The notes under the pieces: generated by a model
The model's input: only the letters and a program-made list of their open reading frames with translations
Database searches by the model: none
Told to the model about the DNA's origin: nothing
Origin: Mobula hypostoma
Lineage: Eukaryota
Length of the DNA stretch: 64,000 bases
Direction of reading: 5' to 3'
Assembly: GCF_963921235.1 (NCBI RefSeq)
Contig: NC_086097.1
Coordinates: forward strand, 70,620,001-70,684,000
Translations under genes and position numbers: made by a program
Shown: piece after piece, positions 58,656 through 64,000 of the stretch
Numbering within the stretch: position 1 is the stretch's first letter
Layout of the letters: each line of letters starts with the position of its first letter

Positions 58656-61024
58656 TGAAATATGGAGGGTAAAATAGTTGACCTGAAAGACCTGCTGGAA
58701 ATCTTTTGAATTAAACCCAATGGAGAGAAAGAAAGTTTTTTTAAACTCAGATCTGCTGCGTTGGCCTTAAGTGCCCATTAAGTTATTCTTAAATGACCCT
58801 GCAACATGTCAGTCAATTCATTCTTTCATTTCTTTCTTCTAAAGAATAAATTACCCAACTACAAATCTTTTAAACAATAACAAAGAACTATGATATTGGT
58901 CCAATGATACCCCAATCCAAGAGTATGCCCTCACTGAACTCCAGATGGTTGAATGCCAGATTTAATGATACCTTTGATTAAATCAAATTCCTCAAAGAGA
59001 AAGGAAAAATCTGATAATGAAAACAGAAACACAATGTGCTGCCTAAACCCAGTGAACTCTCAATGCTGGCTCTGACTGGACTTCGGCCCAATATATCAGC
59101 CTTTCTGCTATCCATAGTGCTAAAAGAAGGAATGAGAAAAACTAACATTGGAGGAACAAAAAGGCCAAAATAAGACTGAAACACAAAAAGTCACATGAGA
59201 AATTTTCAACAAATTTTGTATTAATTGGCAACACAAATGGACCTGAAACCTAGCCTACTTAAAGTGCGTCTTTGCCAAACAATTGTGTTGATATGTGCTA
59301 CAAAGAATGTGGAGTGTAAGGTCAAATTTAATTGCTTTCTTTTCCTGCTTGAGTAAATCTTCATCCTTGTCAGTGTGGGGTACATTAGCATTCAAAATGA
59401 CACAGGCACAGATTATGTAGAATTAATCAGCATTAAGCATTCAAAATTCATGCTAACTGTCATTACACTGGGTCAACATCTGAAATCACTTTCCAGTATC
59501 AGGCAAAATACCATGGAACCTGCACTGATAGGAATCTTACCCCTTCAAAAACTGGACTCAGGTCCCCTTCTGGATAGCATAGAAGCAACAAACTTATTTC
59601 ATGTAAGATTCCTCCAGAGTGAAGGAGGAAGCTTCCATCCTACTGATTAAGCCGGATTTCTATGTTGCTCCCAAAGGGTACAATCTATTAACTCAGTACA
59701 TCTGATTTGCTGAATGATCTTTTATTGTTGTGCTCCCCAACCTTACTACCTGCTCAAGAGTAGTTAGGGATAAGGGATCAATTCTGCCCTTGCTAAAATG
59801 CCAGATCTCAAAAAATGAGTAGATTCTAAAAATGCTTAATTCCACATGAAGAAGAAATACAATTTAATTGGCACTGGTGATGGTCCATCACTCAATGGTA
59901 AAATATTTTTCTAAATTTAGAATACCTTAAAGAACACAGCTTTAAATGTATTTACATACAGTATGTTTAATTTATGATAATTGTGATTTTTTTTTGTTAC
60001 AAATGTGATGATTTGTGAATCCACTGATTTTATGCAGTGTAGTCTACACAGACTCAGCATTTAATTAGGATTGAATTTATTTGAAGAGCAGGTTGTACAG
60101 AATGTGTGAGGGGATATAAACAAAATTAAAGCCAAAATGCAAACAACCAGGTGAAAGACCAAAATCAATGCATTTCATTAAACTAGAGGCCTAGAAAATA
60201 AACCCTTAGGCTCAATAGCACTTGAATGAAATATGAAATAGCTTTCCAATAAAAAGCTAACAAAAATAGCTTTAAAATTACATTGAGGCTAAATATTAAT
60301 ATTTTGATAATTTCACTCATTTTCATCATTCTTGATCAGAAAGCAATAATTGAACTTCCATTTGCAAGTGCTGTTCATGGCTCTAAGGCTGTTCATAACG
60401 CATCACAGTCAATGAAGCACACTTGAAATACTGTACAATTGAGAAAGTAACATTAATAGCTAATCAAAGTTCAAAATGCATTTATTATCAAAGTCACAAT
60501 ATCACAAAGCAAGGATCACAAATCTGAAGCGAGAAAAATAAAAGCAAATACTTTGTGATACTGGCTGAATGAAAAACATTGCTCAGAGCCTATCTGTTCC
60601 CCTTCAAAAAAACTGTCATGGGATGTTCTTTATGCTTCTGGCAAATCATGGTCCAACATCTCACCCAAAGTGGAACACTTCCCCCAAGCAGTATTCTTCA
60701 AAAATGCTTTCAAACATCCTCAAAACATAGAATGGAACTTGGACTCACAACTGTGTCACAGACACACTGGGTAACTTCATGTAAACTATTTAGGAATATT
60801 CTTCATTTTCTTCTGGTTAAAAAAATCCATTCCCATTAGAATAATGGATAAAATTAAATTTCCTGTGGGCAATATTCCATTTGTCTACCAGAAGGAAGTA
60901 TGCAGCCATGTAGATAGGAGAACTGAAAAGTCCTCTCGCAGCAGGTAGAATGTATAATGAAAATAGAACCCAGCATAAACTGGAGGAAGAAGGTCGTGGA
61001 ACATTTGCGTGAAGTTCTGCATAG

Positions 61025-62991
61025 GTATGTTCCATTGAGGCAGGGAAAGGATGGTAGGGTTAAAGAACCATGGTGTACAAAGGATGTAGAAAATCTTGCT
61101 AAAAAGAAAAGCTTATGAAAGGTTCAAGAAACTAAGTACTGTTAGAGCTCTAGAAAATTACAAGGTTGCTAAGAGGGACCTTAAGAATGGAACTAGGAGA
61201 GAACCCCAAGGCATTCTACAGGTATGTGAAGAGCAAGAGGATGAGCCATGTGAGAATAGGACCAATCAGGTGCAAAAGTGGAAATGTGTGCGTGGAGTCG
61301 GAGCAGGTAGCAGAGGTACTTAATGAATACTTTGCTTCAGTATTCACCAGGGAAAAAGATCTTGGCAATTGTGCGGCTGACTTACAGAGGACTGAAATGC
61401 TTGAACATATAGACATTACGAAAGAGGATATGCTAGTGCTTTTGGAAAGCATTAAGTTAGATATGTCACTGGGACTGGATGAGATATACCTCAGGCTACT
61501 GTGGGAAGTGAGGGAAGAGATTGCCGAGCCTCTTGTGATGATCTTTGAGTCATCAATAGGGACTAGAGAAGTACCAGAGGATTGGAGGGATGCAGATGTT
61601 GTTCACTTGTTCAAGCAAGGGAGTAGAGATAACCCAGTAAATTAAAGACCAGTGAGTCTTACTTCAGTGGTGGGTAGGACTTATAAGCATTTGGAGAGGC
61701 ATAATATCATTAGGGATAGTCAGCACGGCTTTGTCAAAGGTAGGTCGTGCCTTACCCAACCTGACTGAATTTTTTGAAGATGTGACTAAACACGTTGATG
61801 AAGGTAGAGCAGTGGATATAGTGTATATAGAGCTCAGTAAGGCATTTGATAAGGTTCCTCCTGCAAGGTTCCTTCAGAGAGTAAGGAGGCATGGGATCCA
61901 AGGAGACTTTGCTTTGTGGACCCAGAATTGGTTTGAAAGGATAGTTGTAGATGGTTCATATTCTGCATGGAGGTCCGTGACCAGTGGTGTGACTCGGGGA
62001 TCTGTTCTGGGACCCCTCCTCTTAGCGATTTTTATAAATAACCTGGATGAAGAAGTGGAAGTGTGGGTTAGTAAGTTTGCTGATGACACTGAGGTTGGGG
62101 GTGTTGTGGATAGTCTAGAGGGTTGCCTGAGGTTACAGCAGGACATTGATAGGATGCAGAACTGAGCTGAGAGGTGACAGATGGACTTCAATCCAGATAA
62201 ATGTGAAGTGGTTCATTTTGGTAGGTCAATTTGAAGTCAGAATATAATATTGATGGTAAGACTCTTGGCAGTGTAGAGGATCTGAGAGATCTTGGGGTTT
62301 GTGTCCACAGACACCCAAAGCTGCTGCACGGGTTGACAGTGTTGTTAAGAAGTCGTAGGGTGTTTTGGCATTCATCAACCAAGGGATTGAGTTCAAGAGC
62401 GTAAGGTAATGTTACAGTTATATAAGATCTTGGTGAGACCCACTTGGACTACTGTGTTCAGTTCTGGTCACCTCACTACAGGAAGGATATGGATACTATA
62501 GAGAGAGTGCAGAGGAGATCTACAAGGATGTTGCCTGGATTGGAGGGCGTACCTTATGAGAACAGGTTGAGTGAACTTGGCCTTTTCTCCTTGGAACAAC
62601 TGAAGATGAGAGGTGACCTGATAGAGGTGTATAAGATGATGAGAGGCATTGATCTTGTGAATAGCCAGATGCTTTTTCCCAGGGCTGAAATGGCCAGTAC
62701 GAGTGGGCATAGTTTAATGGTGCTGGGAAATAGGTACTGAGGGATGTCAGGGGTAAGTTCGTCACACAGAGAGAGGTGAGTGCATGGAATTCACTGCTGT
62801 CAGCAGTGGTGGAAGTGGATAAGATAGGGTATTTTAAGAATCTCTCAGATAGGTACACAGAGCTTAGAAAAATAGTGGGCTATGCACTAGGTAAATTCTA
62901 GGCAGTTTCTAGAGTAGGTTACTTGGTCAGCACAACATTGTGGGCCGAAGGGCCTGTAATGTGCTGTAGATTTCTATGTTCTATGTTCTAT
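61025..62991 (+). mobile_element. CR1 LINE ORF2 (RT) and 3' UTR, degenerate
   Basis: ENPKAFYRYVKSK, ELSKAFDKVP, VTSGVTRGSVLGP..KFADDT, YCVQFWSPHYRKD; (ttctatg)n tail at about 62972-62991. Confidence 0.93.
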
Positions 62992-63081
62992 GAGAGAGAC
63001 AGACAGACAGACAGTCTAACAGAGAGACAGAGACAGAGAGTGATAGAGAGAGAGAGAGAGTGATGGAGAGACAGAAAGAGA
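62992..63081 (+). repeat. (GA)n/(GACA)n compound microsatellite
   Basis: Direct inspection. Confidence 0.9.
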
Positions 63082-63407
63082 TGAAATGTTACAGAGGTTG
63101 TTGGAGAGGGTTTCAAAACACGAGGTCTAGATGACATTGCTGCCATTTGTGGGGCAAATGGATGAAGGAATGTACTAGGTGCTAAGCTTAGAGGGGCCAG
63201 AAATAAGGAAGGCATAAATAGATTTAAAGATGAGGATAATAATTTGCATTGTCTGCCAAGGAACTAGGACTCAATATTTCTCAGAAAGGATGAGAGCAAT
63301 GGATAAATGAACAAGTTCAGATTTATAGAGGGCAAGGTAAGGAAGTGAATTCAAATAGTTGGAGGTGAAAAAGCTATCAAGAGAGTATGAATTTAGACCT
63401 ACACTCA

Positions 63408-63722
63408 GTACAGGCATCCGTTAGTCTTGCGAGACCATAGATCTGCGCCTGGAAAGTCTTCACTCTCCAGGGTGCAGGCCTGGGCAAGGTTGTATGGAAG
63501 ACCGGCAGTTGCCCACACTGCAAGTCTCCCCTCTCCGCGACACCGATGTTATCTAAGGGAAGGGCAAGAGCCGATACAGCTTGGCACCGGTGTCGTTGCA
63601 GAGCACTGTGTGGTTAAGTACCTTGCTCAAGGACACAACACGTTGCTTCGGCTGGGTCTCGAACTCACAACTTTCAGATCACTAGTCGAATGCCTTAACC
63701 ACTTGGCCAAGTGCCCACTGGG
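63408..63722 (-). mobile_element. tRNA-derived SINE with 13-bp TSD
   Basis: Minus-strand A box tggccaagtgg (63699-63709), B box gagttcgagacc, central tgtgtccttgagcaaggtacttaacc; TSD agacctacactca at 63395-63407 and 63723-63735. Confidence 0.88.
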
Positions 63723-63729
63723 AGACCTA

Positions 63730-64000
63730 CACTCAATTGCCACAGGAAGTACCTAATAAATTGGCTATTGAGAGTATGTTCATGGTCTTCTCCTGCTGTA
63801 GCCTATCCACTTCAAGATTCGACATGTGCATTCAAAGATGCTCTTCTGCACACCACTGTTATAATGTGTGGTCATTTGAGTTACTGATGCCTTCCTGTCA
63901 GCTTGAACCAGTCTGGCCATTCTCCTCTGACCTCTTTCATTAACAGGGAGTTTCACCCACAGAACTGTCACGCTCTGGATGTTTTATTTTTGTTTCTCCT
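63730..64000 (-). mobile_element. Tc1-like DNA transposon remnant (runs off window end)
   Basis: TA-cactca.. terminus; ORF 63780-63971 NERGQRRMARLVQADRKASVTQMTTHYNSG..LKWIGYSRRRP resembles the Tc1 transposase second HTH region. Confidence 0.75.

Overview
Eukaryotic (vertebrate) non-coding DNA; the repeat families point to a cartilaginous fish such as a ray or shark (inference). No host protein-coding gene, rRNA, true tRNA or CRISPR could be supported, and almost every listed ORF is a transposon fragment or its antisense shadow. The window is a dense, nested mosaic of decayed CR1, Rex1/Babar, RTE, Tx1/L1 and Penelope retroelements, two tRNA-derived SINEs, two solo LTRs and DNA transposons (an internally deleted Academ-like element, a Tigger/pogo derivative, a mariner MITE and a Tc1 remnant). 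Four signals stand out. (1) A 404-bp fold-back element made of one LTR-like unit plus an inverted copy of its 5' part, with TG..CA ends and a perfect 5-bp TSD. (2) A family of tiny Penelope-derived inverted-repeat insertions with 13-bp TSDs that carry minimal hammerhead-ribozyme motifs, together with a decayed coding Penelope partner. (3) An Academ-type XPG/Cys-rich DNA transposon with about 140-bp TIRs. (4) An approximately 340-bp hairpin inside the Tigger derivative.
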